DNA of 64,000 bases from Candidatus Latescibacterota bacterium. Lineage in GTDB: Bacteria; Latescibacterota; UBA2968. The notes beneath the pieces were generated by a model that saw only the letters and a list, made by a program, of their open reading frames with translations, was not told the origin of the DNA and did not search any database. Shown here piece by piece: positions 9,102 to 17,258 of the stretch (position 1 is its first letter; each line of letters begins with the position of its first letter). The stretch is taken from positions 5,952,001 through 6,016,000 of the forward strand of contig OZ241986.1 in NCBI GenBank assembly GCA_965204375.1, read 5' to 3'. The position numbers and the translations under genes were made by a program.

Positions 9102-12100
9102 ATGTCTGAATCCATCTCTCCACTGCGCCAATTGCCCAATGCCTATCGCGCATTTTACGGCTCTTTTCCCTATCTCTATCCCTTTCAAAAGCAAAGTATT
9201 GAACCGATCTTACAAGGCAAAGACCTGATCTTGCAATCGGCGACCGGCTCTGGCAAAACCGAAGCCGTGCTGGCGCCGTGCATTGAGCGCATTATCCAGT
9301 CGGGGCGGCAACACACCGCGCTTTATGTGGTTCCCACACGGGCCTTGGCCGTAGATTTAGAACGCCGTCTCACACCTGTATTGAAGGATAGACTCGGCCT
9401 GCAAATGGGGATACGCACGGGCGATTTCAAACGGGCGGGCGGGGCACTGCCCGATCTGTTATTGACGACGCCCGAATCTTTTGACGTGCTCTTGGGCAGT
9501 TCAAATGCGGATTTGAAATATTTTGTCCAGCGCATTCGCACGGTCATTATCGATGAAGCACATCCCCTCATTCACCAGTATCGCGGGCGGCAATTGGCCT
9601 ATTTGCTCACGCGCTTGCAACGCCGCATCGCCGCTCCCGTGCAAAAGATCGCCCTTTCCGCCACGCTCGCTGATGTCGAGGAGGTTGCCCGTTTTTTTGG
9701 CTTTCGACCCGATACCGTCTTTCTGACTGAATCTGTCCAACGCGATATCGTCCCCCATATTGTCCATCTCAAAAACGACGCAGTCGAACTCGTAGCACTC
9801 TTAAACGATCTCTACGAAACCTACGAGTATCGCAAAATTTTGTTGTTTGCCAACAGCCGAGGATGTTGTGATCGGCTGTTTTCTCTTTTGTCGCGTCAAG
9901 GCGCGTTTCAAGGTGTTACCGACCTCCACTACTCCAACCTGAAGGCCAGCACGCGTCGCGCCGTAGAATACCGATTTCGCCGCCGCGAACACGCCCTTTG
10001 CATTGCCACGAGCACACTCGAACTCGGCATTGATATCGGCGATGTGGATAGCGTTTTGCTCTACGAACCGCCGGATGCCACATCGGCTTTTCTCCAGCGC
10101 ATTGGTCGCTCCAACAGGCGGGAGGGGCGCACGCACTTTTGGGGGATATGCCGAGGCGCAGATGCACAGACGCAATTGCTCAGATTTTTGGGCATGCTGA
10201 ACATGGCGCGCCGCGGCCATATTGAAACACCACAACCCAAAACCCTGCCCAGCGTTCTCGTCCAGCAAATGCTCTCCTGCTTGTACGAAAAGAAAACCAT
10301 CACGCAGTCTGCTCTTTGCGATTTGTTTCCCGATCAGCGGGACATGATCGCCCATTTGTTTGAGGCGATGGCGCGGCAACAGTGGTTGCGAAAAGATCGC
10401 GTCACGGGTCTTTTTAAGGGGGGACGACGCTATCGCGATTATTTTTTAGAACGGCGTATTTGGAGCAATTTCCCCGAGACCGAAGAGGATTATGTGCTGG
10501 AATTTGCGGGCGAAGCCATTGCAGATTTGCCCAAATTCATCGTTCGACAATTGGAACTCGATGACCGCGTGCAACTGACGGGCAAGCGATTGCGCGTTTT
10601 GAATATTGAAACGGGTGAACGCAAAAGAGTGATTGCCCAACCGACAGATCGAATAGACGAGAAAGAGCTTTTCTGGCTGGGTGCGGGATTTCGGGTGTCT
10701 TATGAAGTCGCACAATCGGTTCGAGATATTCTTCATAAGGATACCGAAAAAAGCGCGTTGGGCCTGTTTTCTCGCACGCGAAAATTGCTCAACGATGCAG
10801 CGAGAAGTCTGAAGCGCACGGTTGTTTTGCACAATAGCATTGAAGTTGAACGCAGTTTGGGCGGCCTGTATCGCTATCGCACCTATCTCGGTTCTGTGGG
10901 CAATCTCGTGTTACAGTGGATCATTGAACGCGAGTATGGCGATCTGGAAGATTTTACGGTGACTTCAGATAGTATCGGTATAGACTGTTCTCATTGGGTC
11001 AATTTTCAAGCACTCCCTCTCCCGCAAGATCGCGAAGACTTTGCCCACTGGGTGAAAGAACACCTGGAATCCCTGTACAGCCTGTTTCCTCTCAATGCCT
11101 TTTGTGAGGTATTGCCCCGCGCCCTGTTGGTCGAAGAAATCGCGGATTTTCTTTTTGATCCGCGCGTTGCCAAAACCTTCCAGCACTATCTAAAACGTCC
11201 TTCGGAAATCGCGTCTGGTGATCCCGCTCTGCTCGCGGAAACTATTTACGAGATCGAATCTCACGCGGTTTTTCTCGATACCAAAATACAAACAGATCTG
11301 CTCACCTGGGAAAGACAGCGGTGGCACGCGGACCGACACACAGCATCCGACATGCACTATCGCCCGAGGTCGCTTACGGGCACGATGGTGGGCGCGTATT
11401 TTTTGCACCATCAATGTGAACGCTGGTTGGCCCTCAATTTTGTACCCGCTGAACAAACCCAATGGCGAGATAGCGATACAGACTTGAACGCGCTTCGGAT
11501 GGAACGGGGAAATCTGCACGAAAAACAGGTGCTGAATCGCATTCGGGAGGTCAATGTTTTGCACGAAGTGGCGGCGTTTGACCACATGGGTAGGCGACTT
11601 TCCCTGAAATCGCGATTTGAAACCACCCTCGCGCTGTTAAGAGACACAGACGCAATTTCCGATCAATCGACATTTTTGTTTCAAGCCGTCCTGATCCAGC
11701 CATCTGTTTTGGGGCAACAAGACCACTGGATGAGCCATGTAAATGGCATCGGCATTCCCGATCTCATCCGCATTTCAAAAGCAGACCGCGGCGTTGTGTT
11801 GCAAGTGGGCGACATCAAGAACAGCCGCAGGCCCTACGAGACACAGAAGTGGCAGGTTGCATTTTACGCCTATATACTCGACCGCGTGATCGCGCAACAC
11901 GAGTTGCCCATGCGCGTGGCGTCTTCGGGGTTTCTGATGCTGCGTTCCAAAGGGGTAGACGGATCACCCGAACCACATGTTTTTGATCTCGAACCCTACC
12001 TGACGGCCCTTCAGATGATGTTTCGAAATATGAACAGCGTATTGCAACGCGCCCCAGCCCGCGCGCGTTATCACCTCCAAACCCACTGTACGACGTGCCC

Positions 12101-14768
12101 CAATTTTGAGGCGTGTTATCGGGATGCACTTCAAGAGGATATTCAGCTTGTGCCGCATTTGAGCGCGGGTGCGCTGCAAAAGTTTCGCCAATGCGATCTC
12201 AAAACCATCGCATCTGCCCATGCGTGGTTTGAATCTGTTTCCGTTTCAGGGGACGATCTTTTCAGCCCACACCAGAAAACACAACTTTCGGGCCAACTCG
12301 CCGCGCTACAAGCAAATAAAATCGGTCTGAAGGACGAACAAACGCGGTCTTATCCGAGTAATTTATCCACAGCCATTTTCATACACATCGCAGAAGACCC
12401 CGTTTCGGGACACCCACGCGCGATAGGTTGGCGCGCCCTGCAGGGGAAAACGGTGGTCGAGAGCCAGATCCTCGAGGTCGCATCAGAGGGCGAGTTGCCA
12501 GAGGCGTTGCGGGATTTCACGGCGCGTTTTTTGTCCGTCTGGAATCGAGGTATCAAAGACGGACGAGGGCCACATGTTTTCCACTTTGGAACGCGCTGCT
12601 GGCAGACTTTTGAGGATTGGTGCGAGGGATCAGAAGATCTGTCTTTTTTGTTTTTGCCCCATCGCAACCACCGCACAGATTTGCAAAAGCTGATTGCTTC
12701 GCAATTCGATTTTCCCATGCCGGGCAATCCCACGCTTTTCGCACTCAACCGCCTGTTGGGTCTCAATGCCGAACTCAATGAGCCGCAAAGTCTGTTTCAT
12801 TTTGATGATGGCGAAGGGATACAAGAAGAAAAAATGGTCGAATATCTCAACACCGTATTGCGCTTGCAAATATCGCTGTGGCAATGGGTGTCTTCGCACT
12901 TGACGAGCGCGTGGGAAAAGGGCGAATGGGATCCCGCGATGGATGATATGCAGAGCACACAAACGGCCTATTTGAATTTTCTGTCCGAGGAGCGGCGGCT
13001 CCGCGAAGAAGATGTGCTCGCCGTACAAGCCCTTCCCCTGTCTGAGCGCGTGGAACGCTTTCGCGCCCTGGGCCCCATCCGTTTTCAAAAAACGACGCTC
13101 GACGACGAAGGCCGTTTTCTCTATGAATTTCAGATTGTACCAGAAACCGGCCTCTCAAAATTCCGCGCAGGCGATTTTCTCAAACTCGCGCCCATTGGCC
13201 TGTCAGATGTGCAAAACGGTTTGCCCGTCATCCTTACAGATCACAGCTCAGAGCACTTGTCGGTGCAATCTCGGCAGGGGCGATTGGCCTTAAATCCGAG
13301 GCTTATGTATTCTCTGGAAGAGGATTTGACCGATTGGAATGGCCCCCGGTTGGTTCACGCTGTTCAGACCGTTTTTTCGGAAGACCGCGTGCATCCCCTG
13401 TCACAACTTCTGTCCGGCAACTGGCAGGCGGCGCGAGAACCCGATGCGTTGAGATGGGTGCAAAATTGGATGCGCGGATTTGGCGCGATAGCAGGACTCA
13501 ATGAGACGCAACAACAGGCACTATCATTGCCTTTTACACATCGCTTGAGCCTGATTGAAGGGCCGCCTGGAACGGGCAAAACGCACTTGTTGGGTTGGAT
13601 ACTCATTGCATTGATCCTGCATGCTCAAGAAGAGAGCAGGCCGTTGCGGATTGCCGTCAGCGCGTTGACGCATCAGGCCATTGACCAGGTGCTCGCCAAA
13701 GTGGTCGCGCTCGTGGAAGAACACGGCTTGCAAGGCTTTCCCGCACGATGCTTCAAATTGGGACGGTGGGATTTGACAGAGCACGGGGTAGAACCTTTAG
13801 AGGATGTAGAAACACTCGCAGAGTCTTCTTATGCGATTTTGGGTGCCACGGGATTTGGCCTCTATCAGCTTTTTGAAGGTCACAAGGGAACTTTCCCACA
13901 GGTGTTTGATTGGGTTGTATTCGATGAGGCATCCCAGATGCTCATTCCCCAGGCCCTGTTGAGCTTGCTCTATGGCAAGGGGAATTTCCTCTTTGCCGGA
14001 GACACCAAACAATTGCCACCCATTGTCCTGTCAGATCGCAAGGAGGAAAATGGCACACACCATTCCGCGCTGTCTTATCTGCTCAGTCAATACGACTCTG
14101 CCCACCGCGTCCGCCTGGATCGCACGTATCGAATGAACGAAGACCTGTGCTCTTTTCCCAGTCACATGTGGTATGATGGCGAACTTCGCGCAGACGCTGG
14201 CAATGCGCTAAACCGCCTCGCGCTGCAATACACCGACCACCGCGACCTGTTAGATCGCGTTCTCGACCCGGCAAAACCGGTCGTACTCCTCATCGTAGAT
14301 CACCGCGGTCACCACCAGAAATCCGATGAAGAAATCGAGATCACAACCCAACTCGCCCATCGGTTGATCGCCGAACACGGTTTGGATGCCGATCAAATCG
14401 CCCTGATTTCTCCCCACCGCGCACAAAATAACGCCACCGCTGACAGCCTTGCAAAGCGACTGGGCGATGCCAATGCCAAATTGCCCTTGATCGATACGGT
14501 AGAACGCGTTCAGGGCGCGGAACGCGATGTCATTTTGTATGCTTTCACCACATCTGATCCCGACTATGTCACCAGTCCATTTTTGAACAATCCCAATCGC
14601 TTTAATGTGGCGATCACACGCGCCAGACAAAAGTTGATTGTGGTGGGCAGTCAGGCATTTTTCTCTGCCATTCCACAATCAGAGGACGCATTAAAAGCCA
14701 ACCGATGTTTCAAGGCGTTTTACGAATTTTGTCGAGAACGAGAGAGTTTGTTTTTTTGGAGTGGTTAG
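9102..14768 (+). CDS. 1888-aa fusion: Lhr-like DEAH SF2 helicase + Fe-S PD-(D/E)xK (RecB/Cas4/TM0106-like) nuclease + degenerate RNase H-like domain + Dna2/UPF1-like SF1 helicase
   Basis: SATGSGKT, DEAH, SAT, TLELGIDIG, QRIGRS; HQCER…IPDL…DIK…QVAFY…CTTCPNFEAC; GPPGTGKT, DEASQ, GDTKQLPP, YRMN, QGAERD, NVAITRAR. Confidence 0.88.
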   Translation: MSESISPLRQLPNAYRAFYGSFPYLYPFQKQSIEPILQGKDLILQSATGSGKTEAVLAPCIERIIQSGRQHTALYVVPTRALAVDLERRLTPVLKDRLGLQMGIRTGDFKRAGGALPDLLLTTPESFDVLLGSSNADLKYFVQRIRTVIIDEAHPLIHQYRGRQLAYLLTRLQRRIAAPVQKIALSATLADVEEVARFFGFRPDTVFLTESVQRDIVPHIVHLKNDAVELVALLNDLYETYEYRKILLFANSRGCCDRLFSLLSRQGAFQGVTDLHYSNLKASTRRAVEYRFRRREHALCIATSTLELGIDIGDVDSVLLYEPPDATSAFLQRIGRSNRREGRTHFWGICRGADAQTQLLRFLGMLNMARRGHIETPQPKTLPSVLVQQMLSCLYEKKTITQSALCDLFPDQRDMIAHLFEAMARQQWLRKDRVTGLFKGGRRYRDYFLERRIWSNFPETEEDYVLEFAGEAIADLPKFIVRQLELDDRVQLTGKRLRVLNIETGERKRVIAQPTDRIDEKELFWLGAGFRVSYEVAQSVRDILHKDTEKSALGLFSRTRKLLNDAARSLKRTVVLHNSIEVERSLGGLYRYRTYLGSVGNLVLQWIIEREYGDLEDFTVTSDSIGIDCSHWVNFQALPLPQDREDFAHWVKEHLESLYSLFPLNAFCEVLPRALLVEEIADFLFDPRVAKTFQHYLKRPSEIASGDPALLAETIYEIESHAVFLDTKIQTDLLTWERQRWHADRHTASDMHYRPRSLTGTMVGAYFLHHQCERWLALNFVPAEQTQWRDSDTDLNALRMERGNLHEKQVLNRIREVNVLHEVAAFDHMGRRLSLKSRFETTLALLRDTDAISDQSTFLFQAVLIQPSVLGQQDHWMSHVNGIGIPDLIRISKADRGVVLQVGDIKNSRRPYETQKWQVAFYAYILDRVIAQHELPMRVASSGFLMLRSKGVDGSPEPHVFDLEPYLTALQMMFRNMNSVLQRAPARARYHLQTHCTTCPNFEACYRDALQEDIQLVPHLSAGALQKFRQCDLKTIASAHAWFESVSVSGDDLFSPHQKTQLSGQLAALQANKIGLKDEQTRSYPSNLSTAIFIHIAEDPVSGHPRAIGWRALQGKTVVESQILEVASEGELPEALRDFTARFLSVWNRGIKDGRGPHVFHFGTRCWQTFEDWCEGSEDLSFLFLPHRNHRTDLQKLIASQFDFPMPGNPTLFALNRLLGLNAELNEPQSLFHFDDGEGIQEEKMVEYLNTVLRLQISLWQWVSSHLTSAWEKGEWDPAMDDMQSTQTAYLNFLSEERRLREEDVLAVQALPLSERVERFRALGPIRFQKTTLDDEGRFLYEFQIVPETGLSKFRAGDFLKLAPIGLSDVQNGLPVILTDHSSEHLSVQSRQGRLALNPRLMYSLEEDLTDWNGPRLVHAVQTVFSEDRVHPLSQLLSGNWQAAREPDALRWVQNWMRGFGAIAGLNETQQQALSLPFTHRLSLIEGPPGTGKTHLLGWILIALILHAQEESRPLRIAVSALTHQAIDQVLAKVVALVEEHGLQGFPARCFKLGRWDLTEHGVEPLEDVETLAESSYAILGATGFGLYQLFEGHKGTFPQVFDWVVFDEASQMLIPQALLSLLYGKGNFLFAGDTKQLPPIVLSDRKEENGTHHSALSYLLSQYDSAHRVRLDRTYRMNEDLCSFPSHMWYDGELRADAGNALNRLALQYTDHRDLLDRVLDPAKPVVLLIVDHRGHHQKSDEEIEITTQLAHRLIAEHGLDADQIALISPHRAQNNATADSLAKRLGDANAKLPLIDTVERVQGAERDVILYAFTTSDPDYVTSPFLNNPNRFNVAITRARQKLIVVGSQAFFSAIPQSEDALKANRCFKAFYEFCRERESLFFWSG

Positions 14769-14815
14769 TGGTTAGTCCGCCCAACTCCCAGTCTCAAGTA
14801 TTCAGCCCCTTCTTT
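14760..14815. repeat. Intergenic repeat, inverted homologue of 4326-4368
   Basis: AGTGGTTAGTGGTTAGTCCGCCCAACTCCCAG…CAGCCCCT versus the reverse complement of 4326-4368, AGTTGTCAGTTGTCAGTCCACCCAACCAACTCCCAGCCCCT. Confidence 0.55.
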
Positions 14816-14951
14816 GCCTTTCTTTATGTCTTCGTGTCTTTGTGTGAAGCCCTCGCACCCCGCACTTCCCCTGCACATTTTGTTCTCTCCGAACTACCTA
14901 TTGTGAATAGATCGTTCAACACATGTCCGCTTTGATATGATGTAAATTTTT

Positions 14952-14998
14952 TTAAAACAATGAGTTATTGTTTTAAGTAGTTCTGGCACGTTCCTTGC
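14952..14998 (+). promoter_or_regulatory. Sigma54 (-24/-12) promoter of comM with upstream palindrome/IHF-like site
   Basis: TGGCACG-TTCC-TTGC at 14984-14998; TTAAAACAAT-GAGTT-ATTGTTTTAA at 14952-14976. Confidence 0.75.
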
Positions 14999-15048
14999 CT
15001 GATTCTATTGCTTCTTTCAGCAGGTTCCTTTCAGGCAAGGAGGTTTTG

Positions 15049-16587
15049 ATGACTTCGCGTGTGTTGAGTTGTGCAACGCTGGGTATTGATGCGTATATCG
15101 TGCATATTGAGGCGGATATTTCGCGTCGGCTTCCCGCATTTTCAGTGGTGGGACTGCCCGATAGTACGGTGAAGGAGAGTCGGGATCGGGTGATGGCTGC
15201 GATTAAAAATGCCGGGCGAACATTTCCAACCAATCGGATTACGGTGAATTTGGCACCGGCAGATATCCGAAAGGAAGGCTCGGCATTTGATTTGCCGATT
15301 GCCATAGGTATTATTGCCGCGATGGGCGATTCAATTTCCCCCGAGAAACTGTCGCAATATCTCATTTTGGGTGAGTTGGCTTTAGATGGCACGGTGCGGC
15401 CCGTGCGCGGGGCGCTGTCAATGGCTGTGGAAGCCAAAAAGGCTGGCTTAAAAGGGTTGCTCGTCCCTGTGGAGAATGCTCAAGAGGCGGCGATTACAGG
15501 CGGGGTAGATGTTTTGCCGGTGTGCGATTTGAGTGAGGCACTGGATTTTTTCGAGGGGTATTGCGATATCATGCCCTTTGAAATCAATAGCAAGGCGATT
15601 TTTCGGCAGGCGCGGATGCATCGGGTGGATTTTAAGGATGTGCGCGGGCAAGAGCATGCAAAGCGTGCGCTGGAGGTGGCGGCGGCAGGCGCGCATAACG
15701 CGATTCTCATGGGGCCTCCCGGATCGGGTAAGACGATGCTTGCCAGGAGATTGCCGACCATTTTACCCGATCTGACGCTGGACGAGGCTCTGCAGACGAC
15801 AAAAATTCACTCGGTGGCGGGGTTGTTGCCGCCCGATACGGCACTGGTGGCGATAAGGCCCTTTCGCTCGCCACATCACACGATTTCAGATGCGGGGTTG
15901 ATCGGTGGCGGTCCCTATCCCCGGCCGGGAGAAGTGTCGCTGGCACATCACGGGGTGCTGTTTTTGGATGAGCTTCCCGAGTTCAAGAAACAGGTTTTGG
16001 AATCTCTCCGACAACCCATTGAGGATAGTTTTGTGACGATTGCACGCGCGGCGATGTCGCTTTCGTATCCCGCGCGGTTTATGCTCGTTTGTGCTATGAA
16101 TCCGTGCCCATGCGGGTATTTGGGCGATCCACACCACGAGTGTATTTGCTCGCCACCGGTGATCCAGCGCTATGTCAATCGGATCTCGGGACCGTTGATG
16201 GATCGCATTGATATTCACGTAGAAGCTCCGGCTGTGCAGTATGAAGAACTGGCCAATGAACCCGCTGGCGAGTCTTCAGCAGAGGTTCGCAAGCGCGTGC
16301 AAGACGCGCGGCATATACAATTGGAACGTTTTGCGGATTATAGAGATTTGTTTAGCAACGCGCATATGGGGTCGCGAGAGATTCGGATGTTTTGCAAAAT
16401 TGATGATAGGAGCGAGGAGTTGTTGCGGATGGCGATTACGCGATTGGGACTGTCGGCACGGGCGTATGATCGAATCCTGAAGGCGAGCCGCACGATAGCA
16501 GACCTGGAGGGCGAAGAGGATATCCAATCGCGCCATGTTGCCGAGGCAATTCAATACCGAAGTCTGGATAGACGATTGTGGGAGTAA
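15049..16587 (+). CDS. comM: ComM/YifB Mg-chelatase-like AAA+ ATPase
   Basis: VGLPD…VKESRDRV, ITVNLAPAD, GPPGSGKT, PFRSPHH, NPCPCG, LSARAYDR; ATG 15049 after AGGAGG. Confidence 0.95.
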   Translation: MTSRVLSCATLGIDAYIVHIEADISRRLPAFSVVGLPDSTVKESRDRVMAAIKNAGRTFPTNRITVNLAPADIRKEGSAFDLPIAIGIIAAMGDSISPEKLSQYLILGELALDGTVRPVRGALSMAVEAKKAGLKGLLVPVENAQEAAITGGVDVLPVCDLSEALDFFEGYCDIMPFEINSKAIFRQARMHRVDFKDVRGQEHAKRALEVAAAGAHNAILMGPPGSGKTMLARRLPTILPDLTLDEALQTTKIHSVAGLLPPDTALVAIRPFRSPHHTISDAGLIGGGPYPRPGEVSLAHHGVLFLDELPEFKKQVLESLRQPIEDSFVTIARAAMSLSYPARFMLVCAMNPCPCGYLGDPHHECICSPPVIQRYVNRISGPLMDRIDIHVEAPAVQYEELANEPAGESSAEVRKRVQDARHIQLERFADYRDLFSNAHMGSREIRMFCKIDDRSEELLRMAITRLGLSARAYDRILKASRTIADLEGEEDIQSRHVAEAIQYRSLDRRLWE

Positions 16588-16656
16588 TATTGCGATTGTA
16601 AAACGATGTCCATGACGGTATATTATGACATCAGGAGTATCGAAAAGGGGAAAACC

Positions 16657-16842
16657 ATGCAGATTCCAACACCAGGTGAAAAGCTGGCAGAGTATGACGC
16701 CCGCTTGTCCCGCATTGAAGGCATTGTTGAGCAAATGAACGTCCGCTTGACAGGGCTTGAAAGCGGTATCCGTTGGGTTATCGGAATCCAGATTACTACC
16801 TTGCTCAGTCTCGGAACGCTCATTCTGTTCAAACTTGGCTAA
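16657..16842 (+). CDS. Small coiled-coil protein with C-terminal TM helix (DUF1640/hemolysin XhlA-like)
   Basis: Heptads RLSRIEGIVEQMNVRLTGLE then WVIGIQITTLLSLG; AGGGG RBS; possible TTGTAA-N17-TATATT promoter at 16596-16624. Confidence 0.6.
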   Translation: MQIPTPGEKLAEYDARLSRIEGIVEQMNVRLTGLESGIRWVIGIQITTLLSLGTLILFKLG

Positions 16843-16879
16843 TAAACTCATCTTGAGCAATGACAAACGAATCGTAAAA

Positions 16880-16916
16880 CAAAAAGCGGAGCTTTGAAAG
16901 ATGCTCCGCTTTTTTG
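16880..16916. terminator. Bidirectional terminator
   Basis: AAAAAAGCGGAGC-TTTGAAAGAT-GCTCCGCTTTTTT between convergent small genes. Confidence 0.85.
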
Positions 16917-16946
16917 TATTCTACTCAATCTATTTGAGTTTTACCA

Positions 16947-17174
16947 TTAACCTCCCGACGCCATGAGAGCCTTTTCCGCTACTTCTGGCAAGTCAATAGG
17001 TACAAAGATGGACGATGGATAAAGGTAGCCATCAAGCTCTGATTTGTCTTCATCAATAATACGGGACAGGCCCTTGCTTTCTGCATCTGCATCTGGCAAT
17101 TTGCGATAGGCTTTGCCCACAATTAGACTTGCGGGATTACTTTCATTGCTGATACAAATTACAAAATCATTCAT
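16947..17174 (-). CDS. Small conserved hypothetical protein (75 aa)
   Basis: FVICISNE..PASL..GKAY…IIDED…YLYP…FVPIDLP pattern recalls a widespread small-protein family; AAGGG RBS. Confidence 0.7.
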   Translation of the reverse strand: MNDFVICISNESNPASLIVGKAYRKLPDADAESKGLSRIIDEDKSELDGYLYPSSIFVPIDLPEVAEKALMASGG

Positions 17175-17258
17175 TGAATTACCCTTTTAATTTTTCAAAA
17201 ATAGCGTGATTTTATAACAGAAACAAGTAGAATGTGTAACAAAGAACAAGGTCAATGC

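Noticed and set aside
11370-12120. Cas4-like motif as evidence of CRISPR-Cas
   Set aside because: It is an internal domain of the fusion protein; no cas1/cas2 and no repeat-spacer array seen
6584-14768. Calling the operon BREX type 2 or Shango
   Set aside because: Only BrxD/SngB-like and BrxHI/SngC-like parts are present; no PglX/PglZ/PglW or TerB-domain gene in the window
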